Source: Bacteroidota bacterium (GTDB lineage Bacteria > Bacteroidota > Bacteroidia > Bacteroidales > FEN-979). From it: 64,000 nucleotides of DNA. Below, piece after piece: positions 19,788 through 29,297 of this stretch (within the stretch, counting starts at the first letter, position 1; the number at the start of each line of letters is the position of its first letter). The notes below the pieces were generated by a model, which was not told where the DNA came from, made no database searches, and was given only the letters and a program-made list of their open reading frames with translations. Location of the stretch: contig JBAXVX010000002.1 in assembly GCA_037128705.1 (NCBI GenBank), forward strand, positions 78,361 to 142,360. Reading direction: 5' to 3'. The position numbers and the translations under genes are program-made.

Positions 19788-20393
19788 TTACTGAACAAGT
19801 GTCATGGTCGATTCATGGGTCTCCGTGTAGGTTCCAATCGTTTTTTGCCATTTGCAGTTAACGACGATCTCCTTGTTTTTCAGTTCATCAAGGACCCAGG
19901 AATAGAGGACCGTCGGGGTGCCCTGCATACTGATATCCGGTGAACTTGTCAGGATGTGAAAGGTCACCATCTGCTTGTTTTTTATATTTTCATTCTTATT
20001 TCCCTCACTCCAAAACCAGCTGCCCGATTCGGCATAGTTTAATTTTTCCCCTACGCTCCTTGTTATGGCTTTTTCCAAACTGTAACCCCCCTTTTTATCA
20101 ATGTTTATCCACCATGTATAGCTGCCAGTTACCACCTTCGATCCTGTGGTTTCAGAATAGGCTCCCTCGTTACAGATGATGGTTGTGGTAGAAGAAAGGC
20201 CATTGTCAGAAGCGGAAACGACTTCCTGGAAATATTTTACGGTCCAGCTGCCAGCCAAACGTTCGGTGCGCGAGCGGAAAGAGATTGCAGGATCATTAGG
20301 CCCCTTTTTGCATGACTGGCCTGATAAAAGAATAAGGCAAGCAATAATGATGATCATTGGAAATGACTTTGGAAATGAACAGATTGTTTTCAT
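19788..20393 (-). CDS. lipocalin-like lipoprotein
   Basis: Lipobox SGQSC. The LAGSWTV start of a beta-barrel domain is common in Bacteroidota lipocalin-like proteins. Confidence 0.5.
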   Translation of the reverse strand: MKTICSFPKSFPMIIIIACLILLSGQSCKKGPNDPAISFRSRTERLAGSWTVKYFQEVVSASDNGLSSTTTIICNEGAYSETTGSKVVTGSYTWWINIDKKGGYSLEKAITRSVGEKLNYAESGSWFWSEGNKNENIKNKQMVTFHILTSSPDISMQGTPTVLYSWVLDELKNKEIVVNCKWQKTIGTYTETHESTMTLVQ

Positions 20394-20422
20394 AATTCTC
20401 GTTTTTTAAAGGTTATTTGGAT

Positions 20423-20677
20423 TTATTGATTTTCATTTTTTTTCATTAACTCTTCACTCTTTCTTTTCTCCATCTTCACCTCTTCTATCAACTTCCTGTA
20501 AACACGCCCCTCCATTCGGGCCAGTTCGGCAAAACGGTTCAATGTTTTCGCAAAATCATTCTTTTCGTCTTCCGGTTCATCGCATGAGGGTTCTTCATCC
20601 CATGATGAAGTAAAGTCGTTTGTCTCCTGGTCGGGCAGCCGGGAAGATAAGGGAAGGGAATTGTCGTTGGGTTCCAT
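20423..20677 (-). CDS. small acidic protein with a C-terminal charged helix
   Basis: 84 aa with a D/E-rich N-half and a K/E-rich helical tail. It lies 29 nt upstream of the lipocalin-like gene. Confidence 0.35.
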   Translation of the reverse strand: MEPNDNSLPLSSRLPDQETNDFTSSWDEEPSCDEPEDEKNDFAKTLNRFAELARMEGRVYRKLIEEVKMEKRKSEELMKKNENQ

Positions 20678-20812
20678 GCTGCAATGATAGCTCAGGGCAT
20701 GGCCGGTATCCTAATTCCCGGGTACTGAAAACCTACTGAAAAACCGACAGGTTCGGGAAAAGTATACTTAAAAATTACTGGATGAAACTACCGTGAATTG
20801 TAAACCTCTGAA

Positions 20813-22564
20813 TTATAGTGTGATAAGAAAAGTGGTGAGGTTCTGGTCATCTCCCAGGTTCAGTTTCTTTTTGATCTGGTATTTTGAAGACTCAATGGTT
20901 CTTGAACTTCGGTTGAGCATATGGGCGATCTCTTTGGTTGAGAGGTTGAGCCTGACCATGGAGCATATTTTCCGGTCGTTGGTTGTCAGATCAGGGAAAC
21001 GGGCGATAAGCTTTGCCAGGAAGGCGGGATGCATTTTTTCGAAATATTTTTCGACCTCTTCCCAGAGATTGTCATCGGTTGGTTTGCTAAATTCGTCTAC
21101 CAGGCTTTGCAAAACAGTTTGACCTTCACGGTTGATAAACGGGACAAGCGCGACGAGCTTTTCGGCAAATACTGCCTTTTTCTCTGCGTGGCCGGCCAGA
21201 TGCAGGGCTTTGGCGGTAAGAGCATGACTCATCTTCATCAAATCCTCTTTTGCCTCCAGGGCCTCCTGTTCTGATTTGATCTTGTTGAGAATAAGTTGTT
21301 TTCTTTTACGCAGAAAGATGCCTGCTAAAATAATGGCAGTCAACAGCGCAGCCAGGGCGAATGCTGTAATCATCCCCATGCGGAATCTATGAACCCGGAT
21401 ATCTGCTTTCAGCAATTCGTTTTCAGCAGACATTTTTTCTGTTTCATAACGGATGCTCAGCTCTTCGATGGCCTTTGTTTTTTCAGCCGATGCCAGGGTG
21501 TCTTTCAGGGCATTGTATCGTTTGAAGAAATTCAATGCAAGCCGATCTTGCTGCAAGGTATCATACACCCGGCTGTAAAGGAGGAAAATCCGGGATTGCA
21601 AACCTGGATCATTTTCGGGAGTAATCAGTTTTTCGGCCGTGGTCAGGTTGATGATCGCCTCGTTCCAGTTTGCCTTGTCAAAATGAATTTCGGCCAGGTC
21701 AAAGTAAACAGCTGCTTCAGCCCAGGTATTGTTGATTTGCCTGATCATCGGCAGGGCTTTACGGTACCAGTCAAAAGCATTCTGAAAATCACCCTTCGCC
21801 TTATAAAGCTGGGCCAGGTTACTGGTAGTCACTGCCATACCAAAAACGTTGTGATTCTGGTTGTAAAACCCGAGTGATTTCTTGAGATGATACTCTGCCT
21901 GGGTGAAATTTCCGATTGATTTAAAGGCAACACCAAGGTTTACCCCTGCATCAGCCATCATCCTTTCATCATTTTCTTCTGCAAAAATCTCCAATGCTTT
22001 TTGATGCGCACTTAATGCCTGGTCGACTTTCATGAGTTGTTCATAAACCAGTCCCAGGCTCATGTACACGCGAGCCTGTTTCGGCAGATCTTTTGTTTTC
22101 GTATACCATTTGAGCGCCCGATTGTAGCAGGTCAGAGAATTTTCAAACGAACCGATCTGCGACCATGCGATCCCGAGGTTGTTGGTCACCTTTGCCATGC
22201 CCTCCCCATCATTCAGCGAGTCATAAATCCGACTGCTTTCCTGCAGCAGCAGCACCGCCTGTCTGTTTTGCTGCATCATCAGCATCAGGATGGCTATGTC
22301 ATTCATGGCATCTGCCTCCAGGCTGCGGTCGTTCATGGCCCTGGCCTGTTTCCTCGCCTCGCCGGCATATTCAATTGATTTTGCCGGATCTGATGGTTTG
22401 TAGTATTTCCCCAGCGCTTTGAGCGCCTTGAACCTGGCTTCTCCTGATGCATTCTTCACGATTAGAAGCAAACTATCGGCCTTGTTCTGTGCCGCAACGC
22501 CAGTCAAATGTGCAAGGCATATCATAATTGCCGACAGTAGAAGGTACGTACGGTAGGGTTTCAT
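20813..22564 (-). CDS. TPR-repeat / LuxR-type HTH transcriptional regulator (membrane-spanning)
   Basis: Signal-like start MKPYRTYLLLSAIMICLAHL (ATG at 22564; the longest ORF starts at 22612). Multiple TPR units, an internal TM segment, and the C-terminal LuxR HTH LSTKEIAHMLNRSSRTIESSKYQIKKKL. Confidence 0.8.
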   Translation of the reverse strand: MKPYRTYLLLSAIMICLAHLTGVAAQNKADSLLLIVKNASGEARFKALKALGKYYKPSDPAKSIEYAGEARKQARAMNDRSLEADAMNDIAILMLMMQQNRQAVLLLQESSRIYDSLNDGEGMAKVTNNLGIAWSQIGSFENSLTCYNRALKWYTKTKDLPKQARVYMSLGLVYEQLMKVDQALSAHQKALEIFAEENDERMMADAGVNLGVAFKSIGNFTQAEYHLKKSLGFYNQNHNVFGMAVTTSNLAQLYKAKGDFQNAFDWYRKALPMIRQINNTWAEAAVYFDLAEIHFDKANWNEAIINLTTAEKLITPENDPGLQSRIFLLYSRVYDTLQQDRLALNFFKRYNALKDTLASAEKTKAIEELSIRYETEKMSAENELLKADIRVHRFRMGMITAFALAALLTAIILAGIFLRKRKQLILNKIKSEQEALEAKEDLMKMSHALTAKALHLAGHAEKKAVFAEKLVALVPFINREGQTVLQSLVDEFSKPTDDNLWEEVEKYFEKMHPAFLAKLIARFPDLTTNDRKICSMVRLNLSTKEIAHMLNRSSRTIESSKYQIKKKLNLGDDQNLTTFLITL

Positions 22565-22796
22565 GATCTGTTTTTTCTTGCTGACTTTGTTTTCCTGGTA
22601 ATTATTTATCAAAGCTATAAATTATTCGATGAAAATGATACATGTATTGAATGTTTTCACTGCATAAAACAGGTCATTTGAAGATACCGATTCCATTAGT
22701 TTTAGGGCAGGTTCCTGGTCGGGACGGGCGCACTGATTTCCTTTCGCCAATTTTGGCTGACCAGTTCGCAGTAATCGAAAAATCCGTAAAGGTTGT

Positions 22797-24341
22797 TTAT
22801 CTTGCGTAGACCATCTTCTTTGTAACTGTCTTGTGGTCGGTGACCAGCGAATAATGGTACATCCCCGAGGGGAGATCCCATTTTTCGGGCGAGAAACTGA
22901 CTACATGTTTTCCTGGGGACATCTTTTTGTTAGAGATGATCGTTGCCACGGTTTTCCCGAAGAGGTCGGTCACCAGGAGGGTCACGGCCGAAGTGCTTTC
23001 GAGTTTGAAGGAGAAGAAGGTGTTCTCGCGGAAAGGGTTGGGTGTGTTCTGCGTCAGCGAAAGGGGGATGGCCTTTCCGGGCTCCTTCCCGACGGTGGTG
23101 GGGTCGATGGGGGCGCCCCAGAGCGTCAGTTCCCCTTCGTCCATGCGCATCCAGGTGGCGAAGACCTTGTCGTTATGGGCGACCACCCCGATGTAATGGC
23201 CAAAGAATACGGTCGAGAAGGGGATGAAGGAGGTTTCACTGATTTTGTGATTCGCGAAGGTTTCGCCGCCGTCGTCCGAAATGGCGAGATAGACATCGGT
23301 GTTGGCGTTGGTGTAATTCCTCCGGTCGTAAAAGATGACATAAATCTTGCCGGTCACCTGGTCGATGGTGATGAAATTGAAGAACTGGTGCGTTACCGAA
23401 GCGTCATCATTGACCTTTTTGGGTTCCGACCAGGTATTGCCGCCGTCGGTCGATTTCACCAGCCAGATGTTGGCATCGCCCTGGGCTCCCCTGCGGTCGG
23501 TCCAGTTGATGTAGATGGTTCCGTTCGCAGGCCCTCCGCTGCGGTCGCATGCGATGACCGGGAAGGAGACCCCTGTCTGGATTCCCGGGATGGAGACGAT
23601 CCACTGGACCGGGAACCCGGTCACATTGATGTCGGTACCGAGCCAGGTTTCACCTTCATCGAGCGACCGGTCGAACATCAGTCCGGCCGGGCTCCACCAG
23701 GCCACGTAAACCTCCCCGTTGGGACCGGTAGCCGGGTAAGAGCCGTGAACGCTGCCGAATCCGCCTGTGGCGTTGCCACCGATGTTGCTGACCAATTTCT
23801 GGTCGCCCCAGGATGCCCCCCCATCGGTCGATTTCGAGATAAATATATCGGTCGAATCCGTGGGGCTGGAACTTCCCCAGTTGTTGAACCGGGTCCAGGA
23901 GGTGTAAAGGTTATCGTGCACAGGGTCATAAACCGCCCACTCCTTGTCGATGTCGTAGCTGTTGTATACCGCTGTATAGGATCCGTCGGACCAGGGAGGC
24001 TGAAATCCCTCCATCTTCTGGCAAACCACCCGGCTCAGGTTGGGGACGAGGTGGAAATAGTAGAAGTTCCCGTCGTTGCCGGCAACGATCACCGGGTCGC
24101 AATTTACCCCGAACGACGAGGTCAGTATCCCATGTTGCCAGGTTGCGCCCCCGTCATCCGACAGGTAATACTGATCGGGATTGACCCCGATTACGATCTG
24201 GCCGGTGTTGGCCGGATTCATGCATATGGCCGGTTCGTTGGGCCAGTCGCCCGCCACGCCGATCTGGATGTTGGTTACCTGTGAAAAGAGGGTGCCGGCG
24301 AACAGGAGACTCAGCACGAAGATGATCAGGTTTGTTTTCAT
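22797..24341 (-). CDS. BNR/Asp-box (sialidase-fold) protein with a T9SS C-terminal sorting domain
   Basis: Five SxDxGxTW-type boxes (SDDGGATW, STDGGASW, SLDEGETW, STDGGNTW, SDDGGETF). The C-terminus NTPNPFREN...GMYHYSLV is a Por/T9SS CTD. The signal peptide begins at the ATG at 24341. Confidence 0.8.
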   Translation of the reverse strand: MKTNLIIFVLSLLFAGTLFSQVTNIQIGVAGDWPNEPAICMNPANTGQIVIGVNPDQYYLSDDGGATWQHGILTSSFGVNCDPVIVAGNDGNFYYFHLVPNLSRVVCQKMEGFQPPWSDGSYTAVYNSYDIDKEWAVYDPVHDNLYTSWTRFNNWGSSSPTDSTDIFISKSTDGGASWGDQKLVSNIGGNATGGFGSVHGSYPATGPNGEVYVAWWSPAGLMFDRSLDEGETWLGTDINVTGFPVQWIVSIPGIQTGVSFPVIACDRSGGPANGTIYINWTDRRGAQGDANIWLVKSTDGGNTWSEPKKVNDDASVTHQFFNFITIDQVTGKIYVIFYDRRNYTNANTDVYLAISDDGGETFANHKISETSFIPFSTVFFGHYIGVVAHNDKVFATWMRMDEGELTLWGAPIDPTTVGKEPGKAIPLSLTQNTPNPFRENTFFSFKLESTSAVTLLVTDLFGKTVATIISNKKMSPGKHVVSFSPEKWDLPSGMYHYSLVTDHKTVTKKMVYAR

Positions 24342-24582
24342 ACCTTCGGGATATAAACGGCATAAAAATATTCCATTCTCCATGCCCGAAGCAAATGCAT
24401 TCTGTGAAACCCTGTTTACCGCCGGTATCTGCCGGGTGAATTTTGTCAGCCATGTTATGGTGAAGGTTTCATAAAACAATGATTCATTACATTGTGCAAC
24501 ATATTTTGTAAATAATTTCTTAACAATAATTTAACACTCCTGTCGTAAGGAATTGCCTGAGTACAGCTACTTTTGTAACTTC

Positions 24583-24885
24583 ATGAAAAGCAATCGGAAA
24601 ATATCATTTGGAATTCTGTTTACCCTGGCAGTTCTATTCTGTTTCGGAACAAATGCATATTCAAATTCCGGTATCCGATCATATAGTGCTGCGTTAACAT
24701 CATCTTCAAATAATGGTGAAAATAGTTTCAGTTCGGATATTGATTCATTCGATGACGATCAGGATTTTCATGTTATTGAAAACCGTTTATGGGAGGAACC
24801 AATATCTCCAATGCCAATTCCCCTCCACCTCCTTTTGATCAATAAATTCGTCCTTTCTGTCTGGCAACCGCCAAAGGTTTCCTAA
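24583..24885 (+). CDS. hypothetical secreted protein
   Basis: The ATG at 24583 gives MKSNRKISFGILFTLAVLFCFGTNAYS, a signal peptide. Confidence 0.4.
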   Translation: MKSNRKISFGILFTLAVLFCFGTNAYSNSGIRSYSAALTSSSNNGENSFSSDIDSFDDDQDFHVIENRLWEEPISPMPIPLHLLLINKFVLSVWQPPKVS

Positions 24886-25007
24886 GCAATTTCATCTTTA
24901 TTTTTCTCACAGGTTCATCAGGAATCTAAATTCCGGAATGTCTCAATTGCAAATTTTTATGCATCTGAGAGAACTTGTAATCATTTATTTATTTAAAACT
25001 ATACGAT

Positions 25008-25367
25008 ATGGGATTTGATGATTTTTTTGAAGAAAAACGAAAGTATCATGGCAATTACAGGGAGTACGGATACCATGATGACCATGAAGACAACACATAT
25101 TCGCACGGACAGCACCATCCGGCCCACCGTAACGAAGGCCACCTGCAACTGTTTGCTATTCTGGAAAAGATCAGGAATAACAGAAAGCTGAAAATTATTG
25201 TTATAATGGCAGTTATCGTGTTATTAATCATTGCAGTTGCCCTTATTGCAGCTTTCCTGCCACTGATCATAAAACTTTTCAATTATATTTCTCAGAATGG
25301 AATACAAAGCATATTTGATGCGATCACCGGATTCCTGGACAAACTTTGGAAAGGTTCAGGTAAGTGA
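25008..25367 (+). CDS. small His-rich membrane-anchored protein
   Basis: Eight His between residues 14 and 45, then one strong TM helix (IIVIMAVIVLLIIAVALIAAFLPLII). Confidence 0.45.
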   Translation: MGFDDFFEEKRKYHGNYREYGYHDDHEDNTYSHGQHHPAHRNEGHLQLFAILEKIRNNRKLKIIVIMAVIVLLIIAVALIAAFLPLIIKLFNYISQNGIQSIFDAITGFLDKLWKGSGK

Positions 25368-25520
25368 TTTCCTATTACCCTGCATTTTAAACCAAGGATG
25401 ACCTGCATATTGATTTTTGGTGTTTTCATAGTGTTCAGTCGGATGGTGAGCTTTCAACTGAATACTTACTCTGTTATGTTATGATATTTTTGGGAAGAAG
25501 AAATTAAATTATGATCGAAA

Positions 25521-26210
25521 ATGGAAACCTTAAATTCATTACTTGATTTTCTATTACACTTTGATAAACAGTTGTTTTCAATGATTCAAAATTACGGAGT
25601 TTGGATTTATGCCATCCTGTTTCTGATTATTTTCATTGAAACCGGAATTATCCTGATGCCGTTTTTACCGGGCGATTCGCTTTTGTTCATTGCAGGCACT
25701 TTCTGTGCCGGAGTGATGAATGAATCAGGAAATATGGCAGGATTAAATGTATGGATCGTTCTGCTATTGCTTATTGTTGCGGCAGTTGCCGGCGACAGCT
25801 TAAACTATTTTCTTGGCAAAACACTCGGGATGAGCATTTTATCCTGGAACATAAAAGGTCGACAATTGGTGGGGCAAAAATACCTCGATCAGACCCATGC
25901 GTTTTATGAAAAACACGGACCTAAGACCATCATATTTGCCCGGTTTGTTCCGGTAGTGCGCACGTTTGCTCCCTTTGTGGCAGGTATCGGCGCCATGAAT
26001 TATAAAAAATTTATCCGGTTCAATGTCATTGGAGGTATTACCTGGGTGACAGGCCTGGTATTACTGGGTTATTTCTTTGGTAATTTTCCCCTGGTACAAA
26101 AGAATTTTGAAATTGTGGTTTTTGGTATTATTGGATTGTCATTATTGCCGGTGATTATAGAAACTATCCGGGCAAAAATCAAAGGATCTGAAGCAAGGCT
26201 TCAATTTTAA
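25521..26210 (+). CDS. DedA-family (SNARE-associated/VTT domain) membrane protein
   Basis: Contains LPFLPGDSLLF and FARFVPVVRTFAPFVAG, both characteristic of DedA. Confidence 0.8.
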   Translation: METLNSLLDFLLHFDKQLFSMIQNYGVWIYAILFLIIFIETGIILMPFLPGDSLLFIAGTFCAGVMNESGNMAGLNVWIVLLLLIVAAVAGDSLNYFLGKTLGMSILSWNIKGRQLVGQKYLDQTHAFYEKHGPKTIIFARFVPVVRTFAPFVAGIGAMNYKKFIRFNVIGGITWVTGLVLLGYFFGNFPLVQKNFEIVVFGIIGLSLLPVIIETIRAKIKGSEARLQF

Positions 26211-26263
26211 TTTCCGGATCAATTTTTACTTTTATCAGTATTAACCTCTCAAAATTATAAAAA

Positions 26264-26704
26264 ATGGAAACCTTAAATTATTTGGATTATTCATTAAAAC
26301 AACAAAATATTGAATACTTTATTCATCTTGTCCGAATTGCAAAAGCAGATGATTTTTTAAGCAAGCCTGAATTGGATTTACTGCATAGAATGGGCAGAAT
26401 GATTGGTTTTTCTGACACGGAAATCGATCAATATATTGAATCAACTGACAAGTCAGACTATTTGCCTCCCTATGAATTATCCAAGCGCTTTGAACAGGTT
26501 TGTGGCATTATGAAGATGGCGTTCTCTGATGGGATAATTGATAAAAATGAAATGCGTTTGGTAACCAGTTTCGCACTAAAATCAGGCTTTCCTGAAAATG
26601 AAATCCCCAAACTGATGCTTCTTCTTATAACTGGCATTAAACAAGGCCATGACGAAGACGATTTGTTTGAATTATATAAAAAGAGCCGGAAATCCTTTAG
26701 CTGA
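26264..26704 (+). CDS. TerB-like domain protein
   Basis: Repeated A(D/S)DG-x-hydrophobic-x-x-x-E-hydrophobic helices (IAKADDFLSKPELDLL, AFSDGIIDKNEMRLV). Confidence 0.4.
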   Translation: METLNYLDYSLKQQNIEYFIHLVRIAKADDFLSKPELDLLHRMGRMIGFSDTEIDQYIESTDKSDYLPPYELSKRFEQVCGIMKMAFSDGIIDKNEMRLVTSFALKSGFPENEIPKLMLLLITGIKQGHDEDDLFELYKKSRKSFS

Positions 26705-26823
26705 GTCGAAAATGTCTGTTTAATTTATCAGAGAACGTCGAATGAGTGCGACGCCTCGGCAACAACAGGGATTATGGTAACCGAGATAGAGGTAGCCTTC
26801 CTTGTCAAATGCAGGATGGTCGA

Positions 26824-27201
26824 TTATTTCATTGACCTTACCCAATCGTATGCCAATTCCAGGGTCTCAAATATCCTGCATTCCCAATTTGTACCCTCAA
26901 ATTGTTTGAAATAGGTTTCCGCGATCGGGATAAACTTTTTATCTTTTGTGACTACAATGTTTCTCATCATATTGTGAGTCCATCGGGAGGATGACCTGTC
27001 CAAAGCCCCGATCACCTTGGCATACCTTGGCGTTATCTGAATATTCATCGCCCCGGTATAATCTGAAATCTGGTACTTTATTGTTCCAAACCTTATGTCA
27101 CCATACATCAGGTCGTTCGCCATCATAACATCCTGTTCCGTAACCGTGCCTGAAAACCTGACAAGGATACCCTTTTCTTCCCAAATAATTTCATACGCCA
27201 T
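26824..27201 (-). CDS. hypothetical protein downstream of the sensor kinase (STAS-like?)
   Basis: Probable start MAYEIIWEEKG (ATG at 27201). It lies 26 nt downstream of the kinase gene on the same strand. No firm motif. Confidence 0.4.
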   Translation of the reverse strand: MAYEIIWEEKGILVRFSGTVTEQDVMMANDLMYGDIRFGTIKYQISDYTGAMNIQITPRYAKVIGALDRSSSRWTHNMMRNIVVTKDKKFIPIAETYFKQFEGTNWECRIFETLELAYDWVRSMK

Positions 27202-27251
27202 TTTTCCGGAATTAATAATCCACAAATTTGTCTGAACCCACTATATCATTG

Positions 27252-28838
27252 TTATTTCTGTGCTTTGGCCGGGAGTGTAAAATAAAAAGTGCTTCCCTTC
27301 CCTTCTTCGCTCTCCACCCATAATTTTCCACCGTGTTTTTTTATTAAATCCTTGCAGATGATTAATCCCAAACCGGTGCTGGGTTCACCCTCGGTCCCTT
27401 TGCGGTTGGTATTGGTATCCAACCTGAAAAGATTCTCAACTATTTCCTTGTTCATTCCAATGCCCGTGTCATTGACCTTGATCTCTACCCAATGATCTCC
27501 TGCTGACCTCGCGATAATTGAAATATTCCCTCTGGGTGCAGTGAACTTTAAGGCATTGGAAACCAGATTTCGAATTATGGATTCAAACATGTTGCCGTCG
27601 GCAAAAACCCTTAAGTCTTCTGAAACATCATACCTGATTTCAATCCCCTTCTCTGCGATGGCATGCTGAACTAAAACCAGGCTCTCTGAAATTTTAGGAA
27701 GAAGGAAAAATGATCCCGGTTCAAAATTGATTAAACCCCGTTGCATTCTTGACCATTCCAAAAGGTTTTCGAGCAGGTCAAAGAGTTTATTGGCTGCACT
27801 CCTCATACTTAAAGCCATCTTTTGAATTTCGTCCTGCCTCAATTTAGGCAGATCTTCTGCCAGCATTCGGGTAAAGCCAAGCAGTGGCTGGAATGGGCCG
27901 CGCAGGTCGTGTGCAATAATTGAAAAGAATTTATCTTTTTCGGCATTCGCCTGATGAAGTTGTTCGTTTTTTAGTTGTATTTCTTCTTCCGCCCGCTTGC
28001 GTTCAGTGATATCCCTTGTTATTCCTTCGTGAAACAGGATTTCTCCATTTTCACCCGTAATATACCATCCGTGATCTTCAACCCAAATCTCTGAACCATC
28101 CTTTTTTTTCACCGGGTAAACTGCCATTTCTTCCCATTTTTCCAGTAATTGCAGACTTTCACGGTCGCCTGGTTCAAAATACAGGTCCTTCTTTATATCA
28201 ATGGCGAGCAATTCCTCTTTGCTATCATAACCCAGCAACTTAACCATGGCAGAGTTGACATCAACAAATTTTCCATCGTGGGTGCTTTTATACACACCAT
28301 CCATCATCCTTTCAATCAAATTGCGGTGAACTGCCTCGCTTTCCTTCAAGGCCTCCTCCATCTGCCTGCGGGCAGTCACATCCTGAAAAAAACCCACAAT
28401 GCATTTTTTCCCGTTGAGCATAATGGGGGCCCCGGAAATGTCGGCATGGAAAATGGTTCCGTCTTTTCTCAGGCAGGTCTGGGCAAAAGATACGGGTTTC
28501 TTACCCCCGACCTGGGAGGCGAATTCTGACATCACCGAATCCAAAGAATCCCTGGGTACCAAATTGGCTATCGTAAGCCGCTGAAATTCTTCATCCGTGT
28601 ATCCGAATAGTTCGCAGCTGGCTGGATTGGAAAATAAAAACCGATGGGTCCCGATATCGGCGGCTAAAATGCCATATGAACTTCCGTTAAGCAGTACACG
28701 GTATTTTTCTTCCGATTCCATCAGGGCTTCGCTGGCCTTTTTGTGCTCCATATGAACATCCTTCATCCACTTAATATAAAGCAATACCAACCCCAGAAGA
28801 ATGAGACTGATCAGGCCTGTTATGGAACCAACAATCAA
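27252..28838 (-). CDS. PAS-domain sensor histidine kinase (paralog of 701-2104)
   Basis: Two PAS-like segments, the H-box FFSIIAHDLRGP and HATPase_c motifs. The only in-frame start is a TTG at 28838. Confidence 0.85.
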   Translation of the reverse strand: MIVGSITGLISLILLGLVLLYIKWMKDVHMEHKKASEALMESEEKYRVLLNGSSYGILAADIGTHRFLFSNPASCELFGYTDEEFQRLTIANLVPRDSLDSVMSEFASQVGGKKPVSFAQTCLRKDGTIFHADISGAPIMLNGKKCIVGFFQDVTARRQMEEALKESEAVHRNLIERMMDGVYKSTHDGKFVDVNSAMVKLLGYDSKEELLAIDIKKDLYFEPGDRESLQLLEKWEEMAVYPVKKKDGSEIWVEDHGWYITGENGEILFHEGITRDITERKRAEEEIQLKNEQLHQANAEKDKFFSIIAHDLRGPFQPLLGFTRMLAEDLPKLRQDEIQKMALSMRSAANKLFDLLENLLEWSRMQRGLINFEPGSFFLLPKISESLVLVQHAIAEKGIEIRYDVSEDLRVFADGNMFESIIRNLVSNALKFTAPRGNISIIARSAGDHWVEIKVNDTGIGMNKEIVENLFRLDTNTNRKGTEGEPSTGLGLIICKDLIKKHGGKLWVESEEGKGSTFYFTLPAKAQK

Positions 28839-29071
28839 ATGTTCTTTATCAAAATAGGGGATTTCCGGATGTAAAAAAAATCTGCAATTGCGTTCAGATT
28901 ACTCATAAAAAAAACAAGTACAACGCAAATTATAATTCCTGAAACCCTTTGCTTTTCAACAAATGCCTTTAACGATTTCATTTTCAGCAAAGCTTCTGCT
29001 TTTTGGTGGAAAATTTTGGAACTTGATGAATTATTGAGACCTGTAAAGGTATTACAAAAAATTATATTCAA
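28835..29071 (-). CDS. upstream ORF, probably the displaced 5' segment (first TM helix) of the sensor kinase gene
   Basis: Contains the TM helix GIIICVVLVFFMSNL. Its TGA overlaps the kinase TTG start. One extra A in the A8 tract (28873-28880) would fuse the two frames. Confidence 0.35.
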   Translation of the reverse strand: MNIIFCNTFTGLNNSSSSKIFHQKAEALLKMKSLKAFVEKQRVSGIIICVVLVFFMSNLNAIADFFYIRKSPILIKNI

Positions 29072-29297
29072 TCTTCCAAAAGCCAGAAATACATTTTCAA
29101 AGGATGGGTGGAGGGGAGAGGGATGTTTTTTTTCAGTTACAGGTGAAAAGAGGGTTCAGGTGGGAAATTTGGTTATTTTTACAATTATAACGCATATTCT
29201 GAAAGTACTGAATATGAAAAGGAACCTTTTATTATGCCCGGCAACAGCCGCTTGAAATGTCAGATCACCTGATTGCCAACTCATAAAACAAAGAAAG

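Noticed and set aside
20423-20677. An 84-aa ORF considered as a lanthipeptide precursor candidate
   Set aside because: It has only one Cys, no GG/GA cleavage motif followed by a Ser/Thr/Cys-rich core, and a K/E-rich helical C-terminus. It lies about 29 kb from lanM in a different operon.
22833-24284. A 483-aa ORF on the plus strand, the longest unexplained ORF in the window
   Set aside because: It is exactly antisense to the BNR/T9SS gene, which has five Asp-box motifs, a signal peptide and a T9SS CTD. The antisense product is low-complexity R/G/P/V/D-rich, with no start context or motifs. It is the usual stop-free antisense frame of a GC3-rich gene.
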